Program-made: the position numbers and the translations under genes
The notes under the pieces: model-generated
The model's database searches: none
Seen by the model: the letters and a program-made list of their open reading frames with translations, nothing else
What the model was told of the DNA's origin: nothing
Part shown: positions 53,304-63,411 of the stretch, in pieces
Layout of the letters: every line of letters begins with the position of its first letter
Numbering within the stretch: position 1 is the stretch's first letter
Origin: an uncultured delta proteobacterium
Lineage (GTDB): Bacteria > Myxococcota_A > Polyangia > Polyangiales > B10-G4
Direction of reading: 5' to 3'
Assembly: GCA_963727445.1 (NCBI GenBank)
Contig: CAVSGI010000010.1
Span: 1,248,001 to 1,312,000, forward strand
DNA length: 64,000 bases

Positions 53304-54139
53304 GTGCGCTTCGCCCTCACCCCGCGGCATGCCTGGCCTCGCTCTCGTTCGGGGCGAGCGTCGCGAGCGCGAACACCTTCATATTGACGGCCGGCGGCTG
53401 CGCGCCACTTCCCGACGTCTCTTGTACGAGTTGTTCGGCTTCGTGCAGCGTCCTCGGGCTGGGCGGGGACGTCACGTGCAACTACCAAGCATTCACCGCG
53501 CTGTGTTGCGATTCGGATGGCGACTGCTCGTACGAAGCCGCTGATGGCACCACGGTCGTAGGCAGCTGCACTCACCTGATGGAAGCCCTGCCGTTGACCG
53601 ATGGCTCGGGCGAGGTAATGGGCGTCTGCGAGTTCCTCGATTCGATGGGCGCAAGCTACTGCGGCTTCACCAGCCCCTCTCAGGTTCTGGCCTGCGCCCC
53701 TCCCATGGGCTTCGACTGGCGTGAGGGCGACTGCGACGGAGATACCGAGCCCAACGGCGCCGACCCCGCGCCTTGCCCGGCGATGACGCTCCTCGACGGG
53801 GGCATCCCCGACGCGGGGGACGCGGGCATCCCCGATGCGGGCGTCCCGGACGCGGGCGCTTCGATGGGCGCCAGGCGACGCGGCCGCGCGATTGGCGACG
53901 CCGGAAGAGGGATGCGAGAGCCGCGGGGACTCCGGCAGGACCCGGCGTGACAGCGGCGAGCGCGACGCGGACGGCGGGGATGCCGGCATGACGGTCTTCC
54001 GGGGAGGCGGAGGCTGCGGCTGTCGTGCGAGTGGCGGCCGGGCTCCCACGCGTCTTGGGGTCTGGCGCTCACCTGGCCGTATCTTCTCTGTGGGCGCCGG
54101 CTCAGGCGACGACGCGCGGCACGCCGCCGCGCAGCATGA
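53304..54139 (+). CDS. Cys-rich secreted protein with MYXO-CTERM-like sorting tail (multiple frameshifts)
   Basis: GTG 53304 signal peptide MRFALT/AACLASLSFGASVASA; DAG-repeat linker; GGGGCGCRA followed, after a shift, by WGLALTWPYLL...RRLRRRR. Confidence 0.6.
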
Positions 54140-56355
54140 CCGACAGCGCCACGCCCGAGAGGCTCGGGTCGCGCGCCAGGGCGATGGCGGCGGGGGAGAC
54201 GACCATCTCTTCGATGAGTCGGCGGAGCGGGCGCGCCCCCCACTCGCGGTGGTAGCCGCGATCGGCGAGCCAAGCGCGGACGTCGGATGCGACCTCGAGG
54301 GTGATGCCGCGGCGGAGGAAGCCGGGTCGCTCGCGAACCTTCGCCAGCTCGAGGTCCACGATGCGCGCGACGTCCTCGGGCGCGAGGTGCCGGAAGGGGA
54401 CGACGTGATCGATCCGCCCGAAGAGCTCCGGCCGAAAATGAGCGCGCACCGCCCCGAGATAGGTCTCGCTCTTCGCGTCGCCGAAGCCGACCCGCGGCGC
54501 AGCGCCGGCACCGAGGTTGGAGGTCATCACGAAGAGCGCCATCCGCGCGTCCACCAGCCGCCCGTCGACGTCCGTGAGGCGACCCTCGTCGAGCACCGCG
54601 AGGAGCAGGTCGTGGACCTCGGGATGCGCCTTCTCGATCTCGTCGAAGAGGACGAGAGACAGCGGCTGCGCGGCGAGCTTCGTCGCCAGGCTGACCACGC
54701 CGTCGCCTACGTCGAGGAGCCTTCGTGAGGCGCCCCGGTGCCCGTACTCCGCCATGTCGAAGCGCGCCATGCGGCTGGCGTCGCCGAACATGTAGCGCGC
54801 GAGCTGCTTGGCGAGCTCCGTCTTGCCGACACCGGTCGGTCCCACGAAGAAGAGCGCGCCCAGCGGCCGCCCCGGATCGCTCATCCCGGCCTTGAAGCGC
54901 GCCAGCACCCGTCCGCTGACGGCGCAGGCATGGTCCTGCCCCACGACGCCGCGCTTCAGCCGGGAAGCGATGGCGTCGGCGGTGGCGGAGTGGGCGTCGC
55001 TGATGAGCTCGACCGGCAGGCCGGTGTAGTCGGCGAAGGCGCGCGTCACGTCGTCGGGATCGAGCGTGCGCGCTCGACTGCCGCTTCCTTCGCGCGAAAG
55101 CCAATCGAGGAATGCGAAGCCCTTGCCCGGGAAGCGCGTCGCCGTCACATAGCGGTCGAGGAGGCGCACCGCCCGGCCGAGACCGCGGGGCGCGATGACG
55201 CGCGGGCTGCGGATGCGCAACTGATAAGTCTGCATCAGCTCGAGCATGCGATCCGACTTCGCCTCGTGGAGGTGGACCACCCTGCACGCGTTGACCAACG
55301 TCGGCTGCGCCCTCCGGCAGTGGACCAGCTCGGCTTCGCTGCACTCGGCGACGAACCCGATGTTGCGATCCACGATCGCCCCCTCGAGCGCATCCGCCAC
55401 CGACCCACCGCCTCCGAGCGGCCGGCAGAGCTCGCTGAGCCGACCCGCGTACAGGTAGTCACCGTCCCTGGCCAGCTCCTCGACCAGGGCGAGGCAACGC
55501 TCCTGCCACATGCCCAGGTAGACCATGCCGGCGAGGATCCGCTCCGCTGAGGTCGCCCACAGCCGCGGCGCTCCATCGCTCTTGGCCAAGCGCGCGGCCA
55601 CCTTCCGCATCGCCGCCGTCTTACCCACCCCCGGCGGGCCGACCAGGACGACCGGCTGCGGCGCTTCGAGCAGGAGCTGGGTGACGAGCTCCGACACGTC
55701 GTCCTGCCCGACCACCAGCGGGAGCTTCTTGCGGCGTGCACGGCGGACCCACTCGTCGGCGACGCGGCTCAGCTCGGGGAGCTCGGCGAGATCGTCGCCC
55801 GCGCCCGGCCGCGCGCGCTGCTCGACGAGCCGCTCCGGACGCCACTCGAGCACGCGCTCCTGCACCTGGTCTCGGAAGTCGTAGAGCCAGCGCGGTGAGG
55901 CGCCGTGCAGGGCGCCGCCCACCAGGGACTCGAGGACCTCGGAGGCGTCGTCGAGAATCCTCGAAGAGCGACCACCAGCCCCACTGCGGGAGCATCACCC
56001 GATACGCGCCCGACGCGTGCTTGCTCCAGGCGAAGCCCAGCCGGAGCGGCGTGATCCGGTGGCCGAAGACCGGCAGCGTCTCCACCATCGTCGCGGGGTG
56101 AACGGAGATCGTCGCGCGACGGGTCTGGAAGCGCTCGGTCCACAGGTAGCGATCGATCTCGTCGCCTCCGGCGCGGGCTTCGTGGATGCGGGCCTCGATC
56201 TCCTGGAGCATCTCAGCCTCCGTCCGGCCGTAGCCGGAGGGGGGTGGCTGGTCGTTCCAGTACTCCTTGTGCCGCATGAGGATGCCGACGAGCCGGCCGT
56301 CGTGCTGCTCGATCACGTAGACACGGAATCCCGGTTTCTGCTCAGCCACCGGCAC
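54102..56355 (-). CDS. ClpA/B-type double AAA+ ATPase, paralog 3 (about 750 aa; frameshift near 55956)
   Basis: GPPGVGKT; GQDHAC; FVGPTGVGKTELAK; FDEIEKAHP; TSNLG...VGF; FRPELFGRID; GARPLRR; N-terminal part in ORF 55621..56355. Confidence 0.88.
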
Positions 56356-59300
56356 CCTCCGGGGGCTCCTCGAGCTTCGTCATGCGCACCGAGAGGAGCT
56401 CGGCCAGGAGCTCGTGCGGCGAGCTCATCTCCCCGTGGCGCGCGTCCGCGAGCCCGTAGTCCTCGATGGTGAGCGGAGCGACCTGACCGCGCGAGCGTGG
56501 AGGATCGAAGCGGATCGAACGGACAATCGGCAGGAGCGACTCGGGGTTTTCCGGGAGCGGAGCAGTGCCCGCCTCGAGCGCCTGGTCGAAGGCGCGGCGC
56601 CGCGCGAGGTGCGTTTCGATGATCTCGGCCGCGGTCGTGCCGACGGGGGCGGGCACCGCGCGCACCCGCAGCACCTCGGTGCCGGCCTGGACCGACTCCC
56701 AGACGTGACATCCGGTCTCTCCCTCGAAGAAGTCGACCACGTGGAGGCCCACCATCTTCATCACGACGTGATCCGGGCGCTCGGTCGGCAGCAGGTCGAG
56801 GGCGGCGTTGGGCTCGTCGGGCAGCGTGAGCAGCGACTCGCCCCGACGGCGAGCAGCCACACCGTCGCACTCGCCTCGGGCGCGCCGATAGGTCTCGACC
56901 AGCCACGGCACCAGCCCGCTACTCTCGACGAGAGGCCGCGGCCCGACCACGCCCTCACCCAGGCGGAGCAGCTCGATGAAGACCGCGTGGCAATCCTGCC
57001 CCGCTTCACCTCGACCGAGGACGCGCTCGAGAAAGGTCGCCTCGGCGAGAAGAGAGAGGGCCTCCGCCTTCAAGAGCGGCTTGGTCCGACGATGTAGTCG
57101 CGCCCGCGCACGCCGCTTCGGCTGGCTGCCCACGCCGCGCCGCACCCGAGCCGGACCGCTGGGGACGCTCGAAAGCGCCTCCTCGATCTGCTCGTGCAGC
57201 GACTCGAGCGACTGTCGCGCCATCTCCAGCTCGTAGACGGCGTCTGTCTCGCCGCTCCGCATTCGCTCGCTGATCCCCTTCTCGATGGCGCGCCGCACGC
57301 CGGCGTCGCCCTGGCGACGGAGGAACGACGCGGCCTCCCGCAGCGCCTCGACGACCTCCTCGCGCGTGGCGTCCACCACCTCCGCGAGCGCGAAGCGCCC
57401 CGGCGTCGGCTCCGCCTCCACCAGCGCCTCGGAGTGCACCGCGAATTCACCGCCGCGCACGTATACCCTGAGCAGCCGCATCGACGCGGCCCCGCCCTGG
57501 CAGAGGTGGTCGGTCAGCACGCTGGCGACGCGGTCCTCGAGGTACTTCTTCACCGGTCGTGCGCCGTCGCGCGGCGTGAACGCCTCTTCCACCACCTTGG
57601 CCACCACCGAGCGCGTCGGCGTCGCCCACACGCGGCGATCGACGAGGCCGCGCCGCCCGAGCAGGAGGCGCAGCTCCTTGCGCGCGATCTGCATCGCCGC
57701 CTCCCGCCCGAGCGGAGAGAAGGGAACGACGCGGTCGATGCGGTTGAAGAGCTCGGGCGGGAAGAACTCCTTGACCGCGTCCACCATTCGCGCCGTGACC
57801 TCGCCTCCGTCGCGGCCGAATCCGAGCGGAATCCGTGGTCTGCGCGCCGAGGTTCGAGGTCATCAGCACCACCGAGTGGGTGAAGTCCGCGGTGTGCCCG
57901 CGGGCGTCGGTGAGGCGGCCCTCGTCGAAGACCTGCAGCATCAACTGCAACACCGACGGGTGCGCCTTCTCTATCTCGTCGAGGAGCACCACGCTGAAGC
58001 GCTGCTCCCGAACCCGCGAGGTGAGCATCCCATCCGGGTCGTAGTCGTCGCCGATCAGACGCGCGACGGCGTCGGGGCCCGAGAGCTCGCTCATGTCGAG
58101 GCGCAACAGGCGCGAGCGGTCGCCATAGAGCCCTTCGGCGATGGACTTGGCGAGCTCGGTCTTGCCGGTGCCGGTGGGCCCGGTGAGCAGATAGACCGCG
58201 TAGGGACGGCCGGGCGCGGTGAGCCCGGCGCGGATCCTCAGGAAGAGATCCTGCGCCGCCTTCACCGCCGCCTCCTGCCCGATCACGTAGCGGCGGAACG
58301 TGCGCGCGACGTCCTCGGGGTCGAGGCGCCGCTCGAGCTCGAGGAGCTCGGTGGGCAGCCCCGTCTTGTCGCTCAGGAGCGTGAGCACGTCGCGCCCCTC
58401 GAGCTTGCGCGCGTAACGCGGCTGACCGCGGACCACGGGCGAGCTCTCCATCATCGACTCGACGGCGTCCTTCGCCTCCTTGAGCCCGATGCGCGTCGCC
58501 TGCCGATAGGCCTTGACCGCGGCGATCTTCTGGCCGGCCTCGAGATGCTTCCGGACTCGGTCCATCGCCGGGTCCCCGGACGAGCGCACCAGCTCCGCGA
58601 GGAGATCGAGCGCGCTCCCGGGCAGGGCCGAGTCGGGGAAGAGCGAGGCGCCGAGGTCGAGGATCGTCTTGAAGGCGCGCGGCTCGACCGCGACGTTCTG
58701 CTTGCGCTCGTGGACGCGCGCGGCGCGGAAGAGGAGGGAGAGGGTCTCGGCGTCGTCGGTGGGCGCCACCACCGTGCGCGCGAAAGTCGCCGCGAAGGAC
58801 GGCGCCTCCGCCTCGAGGCGCTGCCAGCGTTCGGGCGTCGCCTCGGCGACCACCACCGCCTCGCCGCGTGCGACCGGGCCGCGGAAGAACTCGGCCAGAT
58901 TCCGTTCGCTGTCCCGGGTCTGGCCGAGCCTCGCCATGTCCGCGATGTCGTCGATCCACAGGATCACCGGGTTGGTCCGGGCCTCCTCGAGGATCTGCAC
59001 GCACCGCTCTTCCCAGTCTCCCAGGTAGGACATGCCCGCGATGATCCGCCGCCCGCTGAGACGATAGACATGGTGGATCTGATCGAGGTTTCGATGCGCG
59101 AAATAACCGTCGGCCACGGCGAGGTCGGTGATGGTGCGCCGAATGATGGTCGTCTTCCCGACCCCTGGCGGACCGAGCACCACCGTCGAGCGTTTCCTGC
59201 TGCCGCAGAGCAACATCTCCATGCGCGACGCGTAGGGCTTTCTCCGAACGCCGAGCTCCGTCGCCCGCTCGAGGAGCTGCGTCGTCATGTCGGTGGCGAC

Positions 59301-59918
59301 GCCCGGCAGCACGACGAGGCCACGCTTCTTCTTCCTCTTCTTCTTTCGACGAAGAGGGTCCACGTCGAGGTCGTCCCAAACGCCCGGCTTCGACTCGAGG
59401 CCGTCGAGGATGGTCCTCGGGTCGACGGAGAAGGCGACGCGCCGGATGGTGTCCTTGCCGTCGGTGGCGAGTTCCTCGATCTGCTCCCGGCTCAGCTCGG
59501 ACCATCGATCGGAGAAGAAGAGCCGCGCCTGGTCGGCGAGCGGATGATCGGGATGGAGCCATGCCCATTGCTCTGGACGCGCGGGATGGAAGTAGCGCGT
59601 GCGCCGCTCACCCTCGCGCACCCAATGGGGCATGAGCACGATCGGAAAGCGTCCGGTCACCGTCTGACGCTTTCCCCCGCCCTTGAAGGAGAGCTCGAGG
59701 TGCTCGCGCGACAGGTGGATCCCGACCGGGAAGTCGAAGAGGTGCTGCGCGGCGGGCTCGAGCTTGCAGAGCCTCGCCTTGAGCGTGTCGGTGAGCGCCT
59801 TCTGCAGGCGCACGTCGGTACGCCCACTGGCCTTCTCGTCGTAGGCCCCGAGGCCGAGGGTGCGCCAGACGAGCCCCGACGGACTCCTCGACTCGTAGAC
59901 GGCGATCGCGAAGTTCAC
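56342..59918 (-). CDS. ClpA/B-type double AAA+ ATPase, paralog 2, with L7/L12-like insert and release-factor-like C-terminus (about 1190 aa; frameshift near 57840)
   Basis: GPPGVGKTT; KIAAVKAYRQATRIGLKEAKDAVE; GPTGTGKTELAK; LDEIEKAHP; FPPELFNRID; GARPVK; FFEGETGCHVW. Confidence 0.88.
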
Positions 59919-62900
59919 GTCGCGTCCCCCTCGTCGCCCGCGCCCTCTCCGTCATGCGCCGGGACCACGCCGATCTCGTCGGCGAGGGTGCGCCCCGACG
60001 CCGCGATGGCGATCAGCTGCTCGGTCGCCGTCTCCTCGAAGACCGCCCAGTAGTCGTCCGGAAGCGGTAGCACCACCTCCCCGTGAAGGATGCGCAGGAG
60101 CTCCGCGGGCACGTCGAGCTCGCGCATCGCGGGCGTACGCAAGAGCGTGGCGCGGTTCGCGAGTGAACGCGGCCGGAAGAGCTTGCTGACGTGGTCCTGG
60201 CTCGTGACGTCACCTCGCATCGACGCGAGCGTCACCGACAGATGCGCCGTCTTGCCGCGGTCGCTCGAAACGATCCACCGATGGAGCCCACATTCGAGCG
60301 CGAGCAGGGCGCCGGCGTACGGCCCCTTGACCGTCAGCAGCGCATCGCGGAGCGTGCTGCTCGGCGCCTCGAGCTCTGCCCGTGCCCAGGCGGTCGATTG
60401 CGGCGGCCCCCAGAAGCGATCCTCCGGCCAGGAGGACACCCCCGGCTGCGGGCGCGAGGCGGGCACGTGGATCGCGAGGTGGTAGCCGCGGATCCGAGCC
60501 GCTTCGAAGAGGGGGAGGAGCCAGCGCGCGAGGCCGCCGTTGCCGTCGGGCTGCTGCAGGACGAAGGTGGCCGCGTCGCGTTGCTCGTGAAGCGCCAGGA
60601 GCGCGTAGGGGAGAGACGCGCGAAAGTCCACGACGATGTCGAGCGCCTCGACGAGCTGGCTCTGCTGCTCCTCGTCGCGACCGCCGAGGTGCGCGGCGAA
60701 GGCGAGCTCTTCGATGGCGCAGAGGTCTGCGCGCCGCGAGGAGAGTCGCTGGGCGAGCTCCTCGAGGCGATGGTGATCGGCCGCCAGCTTCGGCATCAGC
60801 GCCGCCGCCCGCTTCTTCGCCTTCGGCTTTCTCGCGCGGGCGAGATCGTTCATCTGTGCGACGAGGAACTCGACCTGCTCTCGGAGCTGAACCAGGGGCG
60901 GCAGGTGATACCAGGCGTCGACGGCGCGCCGCCGCTCCGCGATGCGGTGGAAGGGGCTCCGCCCGCGCGTCTCGCCCGACGCGCCCTCGGCGCGTGACAG
61001 GGACAGACGCATCTCGCCCGCGTCGCTCATCGATGCGGTCACCACCGACGAGCGCGCGGACTCCGCCTCGCGCGAGAGGAGCTCGGCCACCGGAACGACG
61101 AGCTCGTCCTCGAGAGTGCGCCGCAGAGCGCGCGCGCCGTAGGCCTCCGAGTAACCGCGCGCCGCGAGGTGGTCGAGCACCTCGTCGGAGACGTCCAGCT
61201 CCACGCCGATCTCCGTCAACCCGCGGCGCCGCGAGATACCGCGGAGCTGGATGCGGGAGATGCGTCGGATCTCCTCGGTGGAGAGTGGATGGAAGGGGAT
61301 CAATCGGTCGAGCCGATTCAGGAACTCGGGCCGAAAGTGTTCTCGAGCGGCGTCCACGTAGCGCTCGAGGTCGGTGCTCTCTGACGCGCCGATGCCGATG
61401 CGCTGCTTGTTCGCGCGAGCGCCGACGTTGCTCGTCATGATGACGATGGTGTTGTGCAGAAACGCGGTGCGGCCCCGCGCGTCGGACAGGCGTGCCTCCC
61501 CGAGCGCCCCCAGAAGCAGATCGTAGACCGCCGGATGCGCCTTCTCGATCTCGTCCAGCAAGACGATCCCGAAAGGCTGCTGGCGGATCACTCGCGTGAG
61601 CAGTCCGTCGCGCCGATCGGTTCCGCGAATGAGCCGCGCGCTCGCCCCCGCGTCGGCGTACTCGCTCATGTCGAAGCGCGACAGACGCCCCTCGGAGCCG
61701 AAGACGAGCTCGGCGAGGGCGCGCGCCAGCTCGGTCTTGCCGACGCCGGTCGGACCGACGAAGAGGAAGACGCCGAGGGGCTTGTCCGTGGGGCTCAGCG
61801 AGGCCTTCATCACCGCGACCGTCTGGACGAGCTGGTCGACTGCGTGACCCTGTCCGATCACCCGGCGCCTCAGACGCTCCTCCACCTCCGCCAGGTCGAG
61901 CGCTTCCTTTTCGCCCAAGAGCATCCGCGGGATGCCGGTCTGCACGCTGAAGTGAGCCTCGACGTCGGCGACGCGCACGTCCGCCGCCATCCCGACCAGC
62001 GAGGGATCCTTTTCGTGCGCCCCGCGCACCTCGTCGTAGAGGCGCACGGCCTTGCCCGGGTGGGGTAGGTACGGGAGATAGCGCTCGGTGAGTTGCACGA
62101 TCGTCCCCAGCGCGTCGGGCGAGAGGCGCGGGCGATCCGGCTGAGTCTCGAGGTGATGCGCCCGCAGCGCCACCAGCGCCTCGGAAGAGGCGGCGGCGTC
62201 GAGGGGCGGGACCCGCACCCGCGTGAGCCCGGCGAAGAAGCCACCGTTGCGCGGCTCGAGGACGTCCAGCGACTTCGGCTCGACCTCGGCGACGACGCGC
62301 ACCCTCCCCTCGTCGATGAACGCCTTCATCACACCGGGGATGTCGACGCCCTGACCGGCGCGATCGCCGAAGAGCTCGCCCAGGTTCTCGAAATAGAGGA
62401 TGGCGTCGAGGGTCTCGATCGCCGCCAGAACCCGCGCGACCCGCGCCTGCCACTGCCCGAGCCCGCTCATCCCCGCCAGAAGACGCGCCGCGGAGGTGCG
62501 GTAGACGGGGCGCGCCGCGCCGCGCCGCTTCGCTTCGTCGAACCACGCGCCGAAGAGCGCCGACTTGCCGGCGAGCTCGTCCCCCAGCAGGAGCACCGAG
62601 GTGCGGGTCTCGCTCTCGAGGAGCGCTCTGAGGCTCGCCAGCTCGCGCTCTCGCCCCACGATGGGCGCGTGGCGCTTCTCGAGTCGCTCGTCGTGCCAGG
62701 GCGACGCGACGGTGCCGAGCACCGTCATGGCGTTCTTCTTGGCGGTGGCCTTCTCGAGGAGCGCGTGCTTCTTGCGCGCCGACGCCGCCACCTCCGCGCC
62801 GCTCTCGGCGAGCGCGATGACGAGCCGCGTGATCTCCACGTCGCCCGAGGGCAGGAGCTTCAGGTAAGCGTCCGGTCCCTTCGCCGCCGACACCCGCACC

Positions 62901-63286
62901 GTCTCGCGCTCGATCGCTTCGTCGACGTCTTCACGCTTGTCGACCCAGAAGGTGTACTGGAGCGGCAGAACGATGACCCACGTCCCTCCCTTGGCCGTGG
63001 CCACCAGCGAGGCGACCGTCAGGGTCGGCGGCAGGCGGAAGCGTTTGGGCGTGGCCTCGTGCGGCACCGTGACGTCGGTGAAGCGCAGCGCGACGTCCGC
63101 TTCGGAGGAGAAGCTCGCCCGAACCTCCGCGCGCGCCGAGCCCAGGAACGACTCGAGAAAGAGGCGCAGCTCATCGAGCGCCTCGGTTCCGTGCGCAGCA
63201 CGGGCGAGGTCCGCCATGGGCAGGACGGTCTCGCGCCCGGACGCATGGCTCTGCACGACCGCGATGGTTTCGATGTCGAGGGACAC
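59915..63286 (-). CDS. ClpA/B-type double AAA+ ATPase, paralog 1, with release-factor-like C-terminus (1123 aa)
   Basis: GDELAGKS; GPTGVGKTELAR; LDEIEKAHP; FRPEFLNRLD; YGARALRR; GPYAGALLALECGLHRW. Confidence 0.9.
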   Translation of the reverse strand: MSLDIETIAVVQSHASGRETVLPMADLARAAHGTEALDELRLFLESFLGSARAEVRASFSSEADVALRFTDVTVPHEATPKRFRLPPTLTVASLVATAKGGTWVIVLPLQYTFWVDKREDVDEAIERETVRVSAAKGPDAYLKLLPSGDVEITRLVIALAESGAEVAASARKKHALLEKATAKKNAMTVLGTVASPWHDERLEKRHAPIVGRERELASLRALLESETRTSVLLLGDELAGKSALFGAWFDEAKRRGAARPVYRTSAARLLAGMSGLGQWQARVARVLAAIETLDAILYFENLGELFGDRAGQGVDIPGVMKAFIDEGRVRVVAEVEPKSLDVLEPRNGGFFAGLTRVRVPPLDAAASSEALVALRAHHLETQPDRPRLSPDALGTIVQLTERYLPYLPHPGKAVRLYDEVRGAHEKDPSLVGMAADVRVADVEAHFSVQTGIPRMLLGEKEALDLAEVEERLRRRVIGQGHAVDQLVQTVAVMKASLSPTDKPLGVFLFVGPTGVGKTELARALAELVFGSEGRLSRFDMSEYADAGASARLIRGTDRRDGLLTRVIRQQPFGIVLLDEIEKAHPAVYDLLLGALGEARLSDARGRTAFLHNTIVIMTSNVGARANKQRIGIGASESTDLERYVDAAREHFRPEFLNRLDRLIPFHPLSTEEIRRISRIQLRGISRRRGLTEIGVELDVSDEVLDHLAARGYSEAYGARALRRTLEDELVVPVAELLSREAESARSSVVTASMSDAGEMRLSLSRAEGASGETRGRSPFHRIAERRRAVDAWYHLPPLVQLREQVEFLVAQMNDLARARKPKAKKRAAALMPKLAADHHRLEELAQRLSSRRADLCAIEELAFAAHLGGRDEEQQSQLVEALDIVVDFRASLPYALLALHEQRDAATFVLQQPDGNGGLARWLLPLFEAARIRGYHLAIHVPASRPQPGVSSWPEDRFWGPPQSTAWARAELEAPSSTLRDALLTVKGPYAGALLALECGLHRWIVSSDRGKTAHLSVTLASMRGDVTSQDHVSKLFRPRSLANRATLLRTPAMRELDVPAELLRILHGEVVLPLPDDYWAVFEETATEQLIAIAASGRTLADEIGVVPAHDGEGAGDEGDAT

Positions 63287-63411
63287 GAAAGCCGAGCCAT
63301 GGTCCGATCGCCCGCCACGCGGCGCAAGCGCCTCAGGATGGAGGCCAGCCCGTTCGAACGAAGCCTATCTGTCGGAGGACGAACACCGCGTGGGCGTTCG
63401 TCGTCGGGGCT

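Noticed and set aside
57780..57850. Programmed RF2-style frameshift in the release-factor-containing Clp gene
   Set aside because: No CTT-TGA slippery site or internal SD at the break; similar indels occur throughout the window.
57285..60053. Long antisense or alternative-frame ORFs (e.g. 57285..60053 +, 31785..34268 +, 49910..51400 +, 38621..40753 -, 10751..12526 -)
   Set aside because: Typical high-GC shadows of well-supported genes, with Arg/Ala/Gly-rich sequence and no motifs.
59915..63286. Naming the ATPases clpA, clpB, clpC or clpV (T6SS)
   Set aside because: No Clp-N repeats, no ClpB M-domain, degenerate first Walker B, extra domains, and no T6SS genes nearby.
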